From: the human T2T-CHM13v2.0 reference genome, Homo sapiens
Length of the DNA: 64,000 nt
Strand: one strand, 5' to 3'
NCBI RefSeq assembly: GCF_009914755.1
Contig: NC_060925.1
The notes below the pieces were generated by a model. The model was not told the origin of the DNA and ran no database searches. It saw nothing but the letters and a program-made list of their open reading frames with translations. Of this stretch, positions 42,712 through 55,403 are shown in pieces. Position 1 is the first letter of the stretch. Every line of letters starts with the position of its first letter. A program made the position numbers and the translations under genes.

Positions 42712-43220
42712 TGTGGTAGACAGAATAATGGCCTCCCAAAGATGTTCACATCCTAATCCCTGGACCCTGTAAATGTTACCTAATATAAGGAAAGGGATTT
42801 TGCAGATGTGAATAAATTAAGGACCATGAAATGGTGAGATTAGCCTGGTTTATCTGGGTGAGCCCAATGTGATCACAAGGGTACTTCTATAGGGAAAAGG
42901 GAGGCAGATGAGTCAAAGAAGGAAATGTGACAACAGAAACAAGGTTGGAAAGATGCAATGTTAGAAAAACTCAACTGGCTATTTCTGGCTTTAAAGATGT
43001 AAGAGAGTCATTAGCCAAGGAATACAGAAGCTTCTAGAACCTGGAAAAAGTAAGAAAATGGATCTCCCCTGGACATCCTGCTAATCCCTTGATTTTAGCT
43101 CATTGAGATGTATTTTGGACTTCTAACATCTAGAATCGTAAGATAATAAATTTGTGTTTTTCTAAGCCACACTTAGAATTGTGTGGTAATTCATTACCAC
43201 AGCAATAGGAAGCTAATACA
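42712..43220 (+). mobile_element. MLT1D solo LTR
   Basis: TGTGGTAGACAGAATAATGGCCTCCCAAAGATG...AGCAATAGGAAGCTAATACA; TSD CATGt/CATGg. Confidence 0.87.
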
Positions 43221-45960
43221 CATGGCTATTTATCCTACTGGATTACTACATAGTTTCTCTAGGGCAGAAATGAGATCTTGGTTATTTCTCTGTTCCTGTT
43301 ACCTACATTAGTGCCTGTTGTACACATAGCAGGCATTCAGTAAATATTTACAAGATAAGTTTTAAAAGAATGTCAATGTAATTTTGATATCTTATATATT
43401 TAATTTAGATTATGAAAATACAACTAAAGGATCAATCTTGGCAGTCACCAGCAAATCACTTTAGATAAATTTCAACTTAGATTAAAGGAAGTTAATAGAC
43501 TCCTAGAAGTGCACCGATGTGAAAAATTACTCCCCTTATCACCAACACTAATTCAGTATCTGATTGTAATGTCAAGGCAAGTAGAAGCTGACAAAGGAAG
43601 TAAGGGAGAAAGTATCCCATATTGGTGAATAAAAACTGGGTATCAAATTAACTGGTATAAAATGTTATTTCTACCATCTATAAGCAGTATGATCTTGGGA
43701 GAATTACTTTTTGCCCCTCTAACCTTCCATTTTTTCATCCATAAAATGATAGATAATGGAGGGAAAAAAAGTTGGGAAACAATTTCTACCTTCAGAGGGG
43801 ACCAACTAATATGGGAAACAGTAAAATGTAAATTACCCACATAACTAAAGCGATCAGTGTAGAATCAGTACAAACCAACTTGTTGAATTGACACGTTGGC
43901 TACAAATAATACCAATAATTCTAGAAGGATTTCAGTGACTAAGCTGGGTGTGATGGTTATGGAATAACTTTTAGAAGGAGAGAAATTTTAACCATACTTA
44001 GAGGAAAGAATGTGTCATGTGTGAAAGCTAGACAACAGCACATACTTAGCTGTAACAAAGAGCTATGCCTAGGGAACAAGACATGACAGCAGTTAGAGGA
44101 ATTAAGCACATTACCAGGAGTTGGAGAAGGACTTACACCACCCCCAAAGTCTTCTAAATAAGCAACATAATTGTTATGTGTTTATATATTTGATGCAGAG
44201 GAAATAAGAAAGTTAAGGCAGATGAATCAATGAGGAAATGGCTGTTGTATTTCAGACATAAGATGGTAGATGCCTGGCTGAGGCTGTAGCTGTGAGAGAG
44301 GATGAGGTAATTCAGGAAGCATTACAGAGGAATACATTTGTTGGGGGTGAAAGAAAGGGCATGGTACCCTACATCATCACCTAATGATGACAACGCCTCA
44401 TGCAGAAAATGATGAGCATTCCCAAAACTCATCTCAGGCAGAAACATGACCCCACATTGGACATGGCATGATTAATGGAAATGCAAATGAGATTCCTTCA
44501 GCACTGATTTCAAACCAAACAATACAGTGGTATCATGACCTATGATGGTTGTTTTTCCTCCCAGTCTGAGTAACTTCCTAAATAAGAGATGATGAATCAC
44601 CTTATATTCTACCAAGAATGTCAAATCTCCTGTTTTAAGAAACATTTTCCAAATCACTAGGATGTTTTTTAAGTAGTTTGCATCATCATTTGAAATAATT
44701 TGCTCTATATGAACACAAATCATAAACAATTCAGTTATAACCTTAGAAGTAACAACTAAAAGAAGCACCTCAAAAGAAAAAATATATAAAGCACTCAGGC
44801 TGCCTCTTAACAGACTGATTTTATAGGCAGTGCTGAAGAATGGACGTTTAGGGGGCATTTGAAATGCACTTTTGAAAAACTGATTTTTCTTGATTAGTGT
44901 GACAAAGCAGTGAATTTGTGCTATAGAACAGCCATGAATTATTGGATAATCACACATCATCTCAGAATAAATAAATTCTGAATCAATAGTGATTTAAAAA
45001 GAAAGTCTGGAAGCAAACAAGAACATGAATTGAGCTTGAAGGTTATCAACTTGGGTTTTCTAACATTTCTTTCTAGCTATATTTGTATTTTATTGCTCAA
45101 CATGAATCACTCAAAAAAAAAGACCTATGAAATACTCTAATTACATTGAAACAATTCCTTATTTTCCTCTAGTTTCAAAGGTTATGCAATTCATTATCAT
45201 GCCAGGCCCTTTTCCCCTACCTTCTAAAAAAAATAACAACTTCACAATTAAAGATGGAAAACGAACAGCATACGCATTCGCCCTAAATATAAAACAAGTG
45301 ACTTCATCTTGCTTTTCTGAGTGCGGAGTTCAGGCAGCGGCACAGTAAATGAATAAAGATTGGGGAAAATGATAATTTTCATCATTAAATAAATATAAGA
45401 ATTAAGTTCTTCTGTAAGAAGGGGAAAATTGTCTTTAAAGTTATAGCCAAGTAAAAGACTTTCTATTAAACTTAAGAATAAATACCACTAAAGAAAAACA
45501 GCAAGAGTTTGTCAGTTTATCACAAGTGCCTAAAGCAGTTTGGTAGCTAGTGATAACATCTCTCCTGCTTCCTCATATCACCCACAGGTTATTGATGAGA
45601 ATAAAATTAAACTGCTTATCAACTCTGACTTTTGCCACAACTCAAGAAGATAGACGTTAATAATCACTGGGAAAACATCCCTATTCCTGGGCCTAAAGTG
45701 TAGGAAAGAAAACATGTTTTAGTGCACAATTTCTACCCACAATACATCATGATCTAACAAATAAAAACTACAGGTGGAGTATTCTATTAGAATCTGTATC
45801 ACATGGATGCTTCTATTTACAGGGTAATTGAGCAAAAATGGTGGTAAACTACGATCTCTCACCAATGGGTCAGGCCAGTCACTTAGAACTATAAACAGGA
45901 GAAACAGCAGACAACAGAGATACATACAACCTATTGTATTATCCATTATAAGCTGTTATT

Positions 45961-46053
45961 GAGAGAGAGAGAAAGAGACAGAGAGAGAGGAGAGATCTTC
46001 TTTCCCAGGGCTAAGGGAGTGGTGGTGAGTGTGTGTGTGTGTGTGTGTGTGTG
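45961..46053. repeat. (GA)n and (TG)n microsatellites
   Basis: Imperfect GA run at 45961-45995 and TG run at about 46030-46053. Confidence 0.85.
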
Positions 46054-46476
46054 TTACAGATTAAGATAATCATAAGAAATAGATGCCTAGAGCTGATCTC
46101 ACCCTCTTTTGGAGTTGTATCTCCTTGGCTAAAGTCAAAGATACAATAGCCTGGATTTTATATACTTGTAAATTCTGTGGACCATATGTGAGGCAGAAAT
46201 GTCGATGAAATTTTTTTCTCACAAAATGGATTTTTTGTAAAGAGACTGAACATATTGTGAACTAATTGTCAAAAGAAAACCTTGGGATTATTTCTGTTAT
46301 ATTCTGCATAGATTTGGAAGAGAGAGTGAAAGACTAGAGAAGGAAAACCTAGCATTTAAGAAAATGGATTTGCCTCATATTCTTCCATGATGCCAGTAGT
46401 AGAAAACTGTGAGGATAAATCTGCAAGGAAAAACTATACCTGCTAGCTTCAATTCCAAAAGTATTGTAGGCTCCCT

Positions 46477-46523
46477 TCTCTCTCTCTCTCTCTCCTCTCT
46501 CTCTCTTTCTCTCTCTCTCTCTC
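46477..46523. repeat. (CT)n imperfect microsatellite
   Basis: Direct inspection. Confidence 0.85.
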
Positions 46524-47412
46524 TGTCAAAGCAACTAAAAATTTGAGATATAAAGCTTAAAGAATATCTTAAAAGCACTATAAAATTGACAAAATAGTGG
46601 AAAAATATCAGGCCAAAATACAGGAAAAGGGAGAATCCAGAGAAAGAAAGACAGTACTAAAGCTATTATAGCCTCAAAGATATTTATCAACTTAGCAAAT
46701 TCCATGAGCAAGGGGGCCAGAAGACATAACTTAGAGGCTGTTCAAGATGAGGGCTCAAATAGACTGTCCCTCCATACAGTTGGAACTTTAGAGAGCTATC
46801 CCTCAGATTAAATCCACCATAGCCTTAAGAATGGTGGCACTAAGCAAAAAGATGAGGAAAAACACCTCATTTGAATTTGCAGTGTATGTGAAGTAATCAA
46901 ACTCTATTCCACCTGTAGGTGCTCCTAGAAAACTGACAGATTAATAACAACAAAAGACCTCTGTTGGAATGTACTTTTATTCTATGTGTTCTCATAATAG
47001 TTTTCCAAAGAAAATAGGCAGCTCACACAAAAAAAGCTACATCAGGAAACAAGACACCAAGAAAGAACTAGATCATTAGCAAACAGAAATAGATATATGA
47101 AGTCTTCAGATATTTAAATTATTAGTCCTAGTTTATAAAACAACTATGTTTACTGTTTTTTAGAAATAAAAGACAAACTTGTAGATAAATGTGAAGAACT
47201 ATAAAGTTACCTAGTAGATTTGAAAATGAAGCAAATTGAATCAAGAAACGAAAGTCACAGCAAATGAAATGTAAAACTCGGTAGATAAATTTGACATCAG
47301 ATTAGACACAGCTGAAGAGACAATTAGCAAACTAGAAAGTAAGTCAACATAAATTATTTAGAATGTAGCATAGAGAAATAAAGAGATGAAAAATATTAAA
47401 AAATAATTGCTG

Positions 47413-47758
<346 letters not shown>

Positions 47759-48370
47759 TCAAATCAGATTTCCAGAAATAGGGAATAGAGATATAGAGAT
47801 GATGGAGACAGGCAATGAAACAAAATAGCCACCAACATAGAATTCTATATCTGGTGAAAATATGTTCAAAAGAAAGGGTGAAATAAAGACACTTTCAGGC
47901 AAAACAAATGAGAGTTTGCCCCAGCAGGCCCTCACTAAAATATATTGTGTAATGAGAGAAGAAAAAGTAAGCCAGATCAAAGACTTTTGATGAAAGAAGA
48001 AATGCAGAGTGAAGAACTATGGAGAAAGGAGAATGATCACTTATTATTTAAAGCAATAATTAATAAAGTCTTGTGGGGTTAAATAAAATGAGAAAATTAT
48101 GGCAATAATATAATACAATCCAAAAATTGAAATATTATGGACTTTGGTATTATTTAAAAAAAGGGTAAAATATGAATGCATTTTAAACTTTTATAAGTAT
48201 GCAGGCTGCAATTTTAAAAGAGTAGAATCAGCATACATTACTTCCAGACTAGTAGAGGAAGGAAAATAGAATAAGAAATTTGGTCCATCTATAATCAGGT
48301 AAGAAAGAAAAGGAAAATAAACATAGACCAGTCTGGGAAATAAGAAAGCACAACATAAGATGATATATAC

Positions 48371-48806
48371 TGTTATGGACTGAATGTTTATGCCCTCCCA
48401 AAGTTTATATGTTGAAGTCCTACCACGCCCCCCCCAACTCCAGCCCAACTATGATGTTATTTGGAAGTAAGGGCCTTTGAGGGTGGTAGGTTTAGATAGA
48501 ATCATGAGAGAGGGGTTCCCATGATTAGATTAGAGTTCTTATAAGAAGAGGAAAGGAGACCAGTGGTCTCCCTTTGCCGTGTGAGGACACAGCAAGGGGA
48601 TGTCTGTCTACCAGCCATCTATAAATCAGGAAGAGGGCACTCAACCAGAATCACAAATCAGGAAGAGGGCACTCAACCAGAATCAAATCAGCCCACACCC
48701 TGATCTTCAACTTTTCATCTCCAGAACTGTGAGAAATAAATGTGTACTGTTTGAGCCACCCAGTCTATACAGTATTATGTTATAGCAGCCTGAGTAGGCT
48801 AAGAAA
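48371..48806 (+). mobile_element. MLT1A/B-like solo LTR
   Basis: TGTTATGGACTGAATGTTTATGCCCTCCCAAA...GTTATAGCAGCCTGAG; perfect TSD TATAC. Confidence 0.85.
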
Positions 48807-48957
48807 TATACAAGCTCAAGTTTATTTACAATTACATTCAACAGAAAGGGACAAAATATGCCTGTAAAAGATAAAAGTGTCACACTAGATAAAAAACAAA
48901 ATCCAACTATATGCTATATGTATATACAAAAAACAAGGATAGAAAAAGGTTGAAACA

Positions 48958-49310
<353 letters not shown>

Positions 49311-49375
49311 TTAACCGAAAGGAATGAGTTGAAGTTGATCTCTAGAAATCGAAATTATAGTAAAATATATTACTA

Positions 49376-49452
49376 TTAGGTTGGTGCAAAAGTAATTGTG
49401 GTTTTGCCATTGAAAGTACAGCAAAACTCGCAATTACTTTTGCACCAACCTA
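49376..49452. mobile_element. MADE1 (Hsmar1-derived MITE)
   Basis: TTAGGTTGGTGCAAAAGTAATTG...CAATTACTTTTGCACCAACCTA flanked by TA. Confidence 0.93.
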
Positions 49453-50537
49453 TAGCAATAAAGAGGGTCATTTCATAATAATAAAGGTTCAGTTAACTAG
49501 GAAGATGTAACAATTTTAGTTACATGCACTTCATAACAAAATTCAAAATGTGAATGTTTAGAACCACAAGGAGAAAGAGACATAATCATGGTAAAGATTG
49601 TAACACATTTTCTCAGTAATTTATCCAATATTTTGATCAAAGAGACAAAAATCATCAGTAAGTGTACACTCTGTTCAATAAATGGTGGTAGGACGATGGA
49701 TATCTATAAAGAAAAAAAATAATAAACTTGGACATTACCTTATATCAGGCACAAAAATCAATCTCAGATAGAAAAGCCTGAAGTGAAAGGGTAAAATTAT
49801 AAAGTCATTATGACCTCAGAGAGAGGATTTATTAAGCAGTGCACAAAAAGAACTAGTTATAAAGTGAGTCTATTTGTAGAGAGACAGATATAAGGTATTT
49901 TTACGTTATTGGAAGCATCAGGCTTTCTTCCTTCTATTACACTGGTATCAGTAAATGAGTTCTAATGTAAGGGAAAGCATTGCCACACTTGGCAAGATAA
50001 TGTGCTTTGATGTACCCGACTCTACAAAGATGTTCTTGAGGATGGAACTAGAGTGGTTGTACTGAGAGTGGTTTAGAAATCCTGGCCACTTTAAGAGTCT
50101 TCCATTCCAGTCTTTGAGATTCTAACTGTCGCCCCACCCCCCCAAACCATCCCCCAAAAGCACTCATCATAATGAATAACACACTTTACCAAAAAAAAAA
50201 AAAAAAAAAAAGAGAGAGAGAGAGAGAGAGAAAGGAAAAGAAAAAGAAAAGAAATTTTAGTCATGGAAAGGCTCAATAAAGAGAGGGATAACATTGAATT
50301 ACTAATATCTAGAATATGTAAAAAATCCCCCTTTTTTAAGCACTTTAAATCAAAAGAACCTTGAAGCAAAACTGGAATCTGTTCTACTATTTTTGAAAAA
50401 CAGGATTTCTTTGGAGTACTGATAAAAGACTAAGAAGGTTCTTATACCCCATAAGTTATCTACCTAAGGAAGGAAAAAACAAAGATAAATTCTGTGTTTT
50501 AAGATACTTTCTGTGCTTTATGTTGTCTTCTTTGTCT

Positions 50538-50767
50538 CTTTTTTTTCTTCAACTTTTATCTTAAGTTTCAAGGTATATGTGCAGGATGTGTAGGTTTGTT
50601 ACATAGGTCAAAGTGTGCCGTGGTGGTTTGCTGCACAGATCAACCCATCACCCGGGTATTAAGTCCAGCATCCCTTAGCTATTTCTCCTGACATTCTCCC
50701 CCACCGCCAGTCCCCCAACAGGCCCGAGTGTGTGTTGTTCCCCCCGATGTGTCCATGTGTTCTCATT
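50538..50767 (-). mobile_element. L1PA (about PA10-13) 3' end
   Basis: TATGTGCAGGATGTGTAGGTTTGTTACATAGG...GTGTCCATGTGTTCTCATT. Confidence 0.85.
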
Positions 50768-51744
50768 GGAGAACTTCTGTTTTTTGTGTTTTTTTTAAAG
50801 ACAAAACTTTATAAAAACATGAGCAAGAGACTTGGATAGGAACTTCAGAGAAGAAAATCCAAATGGTCAATAAATAATGAAATCATATTCAATCTCATTA
50901 GCAATTAGGAAGATATACATTAAAACCACAGAGAAATTATTATATACCCCCCAAAGATGCATAAAAATTGAAAAGCTTGATAATATGATGTCTTGACAAA
51001 GATGTGGAGTCTTATACACTGCTAGTGAGAATAAAAATTGGTAGAAGTGTTTTCAAAAAGTTTGGCATGATCTGACCCTATAAAAGAACAATTTCAGTCC
51101 TAAATATATACCCCATACTACGTGTATGTGCATTAAGATACATGGATAATACGGTTCATGGCAGCAGCATTTGTAATAGCCAAAAATTTAAAACAATCTA
51201 ACGTTTTTGAAAAGTAGAGAAGACAAATAATGACATAGTCGTACAATAGGATACTAAACAGTTACTTCTTTGCTAAAGTAATCACTGTCTAGAATTTCAT
51301 GATCATCATTTATTTGCTTTTCTTGTAGTTTACTATTTCTTATACATTCCTAAATAATATAATTTGTCTATTTTTGGCTTTACATAGATGGAATCAGATG
51401 ATACGTGCTTTTTGCTCTTATCCTTATGTTTGTTAGATTCATATGGCCATATGTATGTTCTCTCTCACTCTTTCTAAGACATACCCACACACTCACTCAC
51501 AAAACAGAAGAAAATGAAAGGTTACATTTTTCCAAACAAGAAATCCAAAACATGTTAGCAATATTACTTCAAAGACTCAAGTAATCCAAGTTCAGAGACT
51601 GAGACAGTCCATTCAGTGAGCCAACTGAGCATCTGCTATCATTTTGATTACAGCTGGAAATCTGTGTAACTTTAGCAAGTCACTTCTCTAACTCAAGATA
51701 TAATAATTTTTTGACTATCTATTAGTCCTCACACAGGTTTTGTT

Positions 51745-51900
51745 TATTGTCAGCCATCCCTACTTGAATTTAAGAGAGTCAACTTTAAGAGGGCAGGAAC
51801 TTTGTCTGTTTTGTTCATTACTGTATGCCCCACCACTCAGAACAGTGGTTCTGGATCATAGTAGATGCTGATTAAATATTTGCTATGAACAAATAATGAA
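51745..51900 (+). mobile_element. L2 3' end
   Basis: GAGGGCAGGAACTTTGTCTGTTTTGTTCATTACTGTAT...TAAATATTTGCTATGAA. Confidence 0.7.
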
Positions 51901-52693
51901 ATTTATCTTAGAGCTGTCTTTTTAAAAAATTATTTGTTCTGCTACTTTTTATTCACTCTCCACACAGGCTGATGCCAGTTAGGCTTTTCATAATGCTGCT
52001 CATGCAACCATTGGCTAGAATGCATCATAAAACTGACTTAAGAAGTGTTCTGCTTTCACATTTTAAAAGTCTAAACAGCCAGCCGGATTTCCAACTTACT
52101 TTCTGCAGAGAGATAATGATGACAAAGTCACAAGGCAGGATTAATATGTACACTTCTAAGCAATTTCTAGTCACTTGGTTGCTTCAGTTATATTTCTGCC
52201 AGTAGTCATTCCCTCCTGCTAAGGCAGCTAAGGAGGGGTGGCACCTCCAGCTTTCGGTTCAAAAACAGTAATATGGGGTAAGGTAGAACCTATTCTCAAC
52301 ACTTTCCAAGGATTCTTCTTCCACATTGTATTCACTTGAAGGCCTGCAAATTAACACATGACCTTTCACTCACTACTGATTTTTTAAATGAATGAAATGT
52401 TTTAGAATCCAAATATAAGTTAGCAGAGGGATTTTAGAACAAAGTTTCTATTTCTAAAGAACATATACAGGTTATATGTGTGGAATCACTATAGATGTCT
52501 GTTTCTCTAACCATAAATTCCCTTGATCATCCTAGTGCCACAGGAAAGTCTCTTAGAGGACTGAGGCTGAACCCTTTAAAGCTGTGTGCAGGTGGGTGTT
52601 CTAGGCATTCTGCAGATAATTCAGGTTATTTCATTTCCAATCATTCCCCAAACTTCTTGATTGGTGGAATACTTGAATTAAAATATCTGGAAG

Positions 52694-53038
52694 TATTGGG
52701 AGAAAAGCTGTGTTGGGAGAGAAGCTGAGGCAGGGCTTACATATCTCATAGACTTGCTGGCTCCCAGCTTCTAGCACTCCCATTATCTCAAGCAGCCATA
52801 TGTTTCTCATTCACTTGATACACTGTTTCCTTTCAACCCCCACATCCTCACTACCTGTTTCTTTGTTTGAGCACCAATAAAAAGCGTGGGCTCCCAGAGC
52901 TTGGGGCCTTTGCAGCCTCCACACTCACGATGGCCCCCTGGTCCCAATTTCTCTCTCAAACTGTCTTTTTCTCATTCCTTTGACTCCGCCGGACTTCGTC
53001 ACCCCCACGACCTGGTGTTGGGTCTGATCACTCCGACA
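52694..53038 (+). mobile_element. LTR14A-like solo LTR (HERV-K14/HML-1)
   Basis: 345 bp: TaTTGGGAGAAAAGCTG..TGTTGGGAGAGAAGCTGAGGCAGGGCTT...AATAAA...CCTGGTGTTGGGTCTGATCACTCCGACA. The 6-bp flanks are TGGAAG and CAGAAA. Confidence 0.82.
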
Positions 53039-53928
53039 CAGAAAAGCTTACAAAAATCAAAGTATCATCCAGTGGCCCAATCAACTTTCGAGCTCTTAAG
53101 TAAAACCTCCTAGGTCTTCTTTTTCTCCCAGGAATTTTCCAGAATTTCTGAGGTATCTATTTTTGACTCAGATCTTTTAGGTAGCCCTATGTTCTCAAGA
53201 AGAAAGGAGCTCCGGGCTTCTTTTCTGTGCCACAGTGGATTCTGACACATGGGATTCTGACACCAATCCAAGGAGGGTCCACTACCTTCTTCTACTTAGG
53301 TCAACATTAAAATTGAGAAATATTACTTCATTATGTCATAATGTATATCTGTTTCTCGATGTCCACTTTCCCACCACTGTGTGTTATCAGTTACCGTCAT
53401 AAATGAGAGGTTGGTAAGATGTGCTTATTTATTTAGTAATATACATTTAGTCAAAACTTTTAAAGTATGGAATTCTCTGTGTTTAACCAACAAAAATTTC
53501 CCATACACATTCTTATTAAAGAAAATTTTACAAAGAAATAAAACCAAGGTTGATGCACATGAAGACATAAAGAGCTCTTAACTAATTTAAAAAATACTGT
53601 ATAAAAATTATAAACTGTATTTTGTGCTAGGAACAAAAGATATAGTAGAAAGAGCTAATCAAGATACAAAAAGTTTATATTCTAACACTATGTTTTTGAC
53701 TCAATATGTAACCTTGAAAAAATCATTTTGCTTTCTTATGTCTCAGTTTCTGTTAAAGGAAGAATATAATCCATACACTACCTATATCACAACTGGAAAA
53801 GTCAAATGAGATCATGATGTGAAATTATTTACGATATTTCCATTAATGTGAGAAAGTACTGTGATTATTACTGTTACATATTAAGTGACATGTGAAATGT
53901 CTGACAAAGAGGTCCTCAATAAAAATTA

Positions 53929-55403
53929 GAGTTATGCATCACATAATGATGCTTCAGTCAATGATGAATCACATACATGAAGGTAGTCCTCCAAGAAAAT
54001 AATGGAGCTGAAAATTTCCTATTACCTAGTGACTTAATAGCCATTGTAACTTCATAGCACAAAGCATTACTCATGATTGTGATGTTGGTGTAAACAATAC
54101 TATGCTGTCAGTTGTATAAAAGTATCACACATACAATTATTTACAGCCACGATACTTGATGATAATAAATGACTATGTTACTTGTTTATGTATTTACTAT
54201 ACTGTATTTATTTTTTAAAAAAACCCAGTAAATTGTAAAACAGTCTCAGGCAGGTCCTTCAAGAGGTATTCTGGGCCTCTTGAAGTCAGTGGCTCATGTC
54301 TGTAATCCCAGCACTTTGGGAAGCCGAGGTGGGCAGATCATCTGAGGTCAGGAGTTTGAGACCAGCCTCATCAACATGGTGAAACCCCATCTCTACAAAA
54401 AAATACAGAAATTAGCTGGACATGGTGGCGGGCACCTGTAACCCCAGCTACTCAGGAGGCTGAGGCATGAGAATTGCTTGAACTCAGGAGGCACAGGTTG
54501 CAGTGAGCTGAGATAGTGCTACTGCACTCCAGCCTGGTGACAAAGCAAGACTGCCTCAAAAAAAAAAAAAAAAAAAAAAAGAGATATTCTAGAAGAAGGC
54601 CTTGTTAGCATAGGAGATGACAGCTCCGTGCATGTTATTGCTTCTGAAGACCTCCCAGTGGGATAAGATGTGGAGGTGGAAGACAGTGATATTGGTAATC
54701 CTGACCCTGTGTAGGCCTAGGCTAACATGTATGTTTGTGTCTCTGTTTTTAACAAAAAGTTTAAAAATTAAAAAATATAAAAATAGGAAAAAGTTCATAG
54801 AATAAGGATATAAAGAAAGAAAATTTTTTTGTACAGCTATTTATGTTTTAACCTATTATTACAAGACTCAAAAAGCTTAAATGATTTAAATTTTAAAGTA
54901 AAAAAGTTACAGAAAGTTAAGGTTAATTTATTATATATTATACATTTTTAATAAATTTAGTGTAAACTAAATACACAGTAATATACAGTAGTATCCTAAT
55001 ATACAGTAATGTCCTAGGCCTTCACCTCACTTACCATTCACTCACTGACTCACTCAAAGCAACTTCCAGGAAGTCTTGAAAATTAATTGTAAGTGCCGTA
55101 TTTACAGGTGTGCCATTTTAAATCTTTTATACTGCAGTTTTACTGTACCTTTTCTATATTTAGATATGTTTAGGTACAGAAATACTTGCCATTGTGTTAC
55201 AATTGCCTACAGTATTCAGTACAATAACATGCTGTACAGATTTGTAGCCTATGAGCAGTAGATTATACCATATGGCCTAGGTGTGTAGTAGGCTATACCA
55301 TCTAGATTTGTCTACGTACATGCTATGATGTTTGCACAACAACAAAATTGCCTAACAATGCATTTCTCAGAACATATTCCCATCCTTAAGTGGCACATCG
55401 TTG
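53929..55403. mobile_element. Tigger3b-like DNA transposon interrupted by an Alu
   Basis: GAGTTATGCATCACATAATGATGCTTCAGTCAATG...; GAAGACCTCCCAGTGGGATAAGATGTGGAGGTGGAAGACAGTG; ends GCATTTCTCAGAACATATTCCCATCCTTAAGTGGCACAT. Confidence 0.85.
54274..54580 (+). mobile_element. AluSx-like inserted in Tigger3
   Basis: Full dimer with A23 tail; TSD AAGAG(G/A)TATTCT. Confidence 0.93.

Noticed and set aside
44472-44960. Longest ORF in the track (162 aa)
   Set aside because: No recognisable domain, composition typical of AT-rich non-coding DNA, and no splice or promoter context.
51940-53300. Coding-looking unique sequence around the LTR14A with a minus-strand AATAAA near 51950, considered as a processed pseudogene
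   Set aside because: After removing the LTR, all three minus-strand frames have multiple stops, the plus-strand ORFs resemble nothing I recognise, and there is no poly-A tail or TSD. A BLASTX search would settle it.
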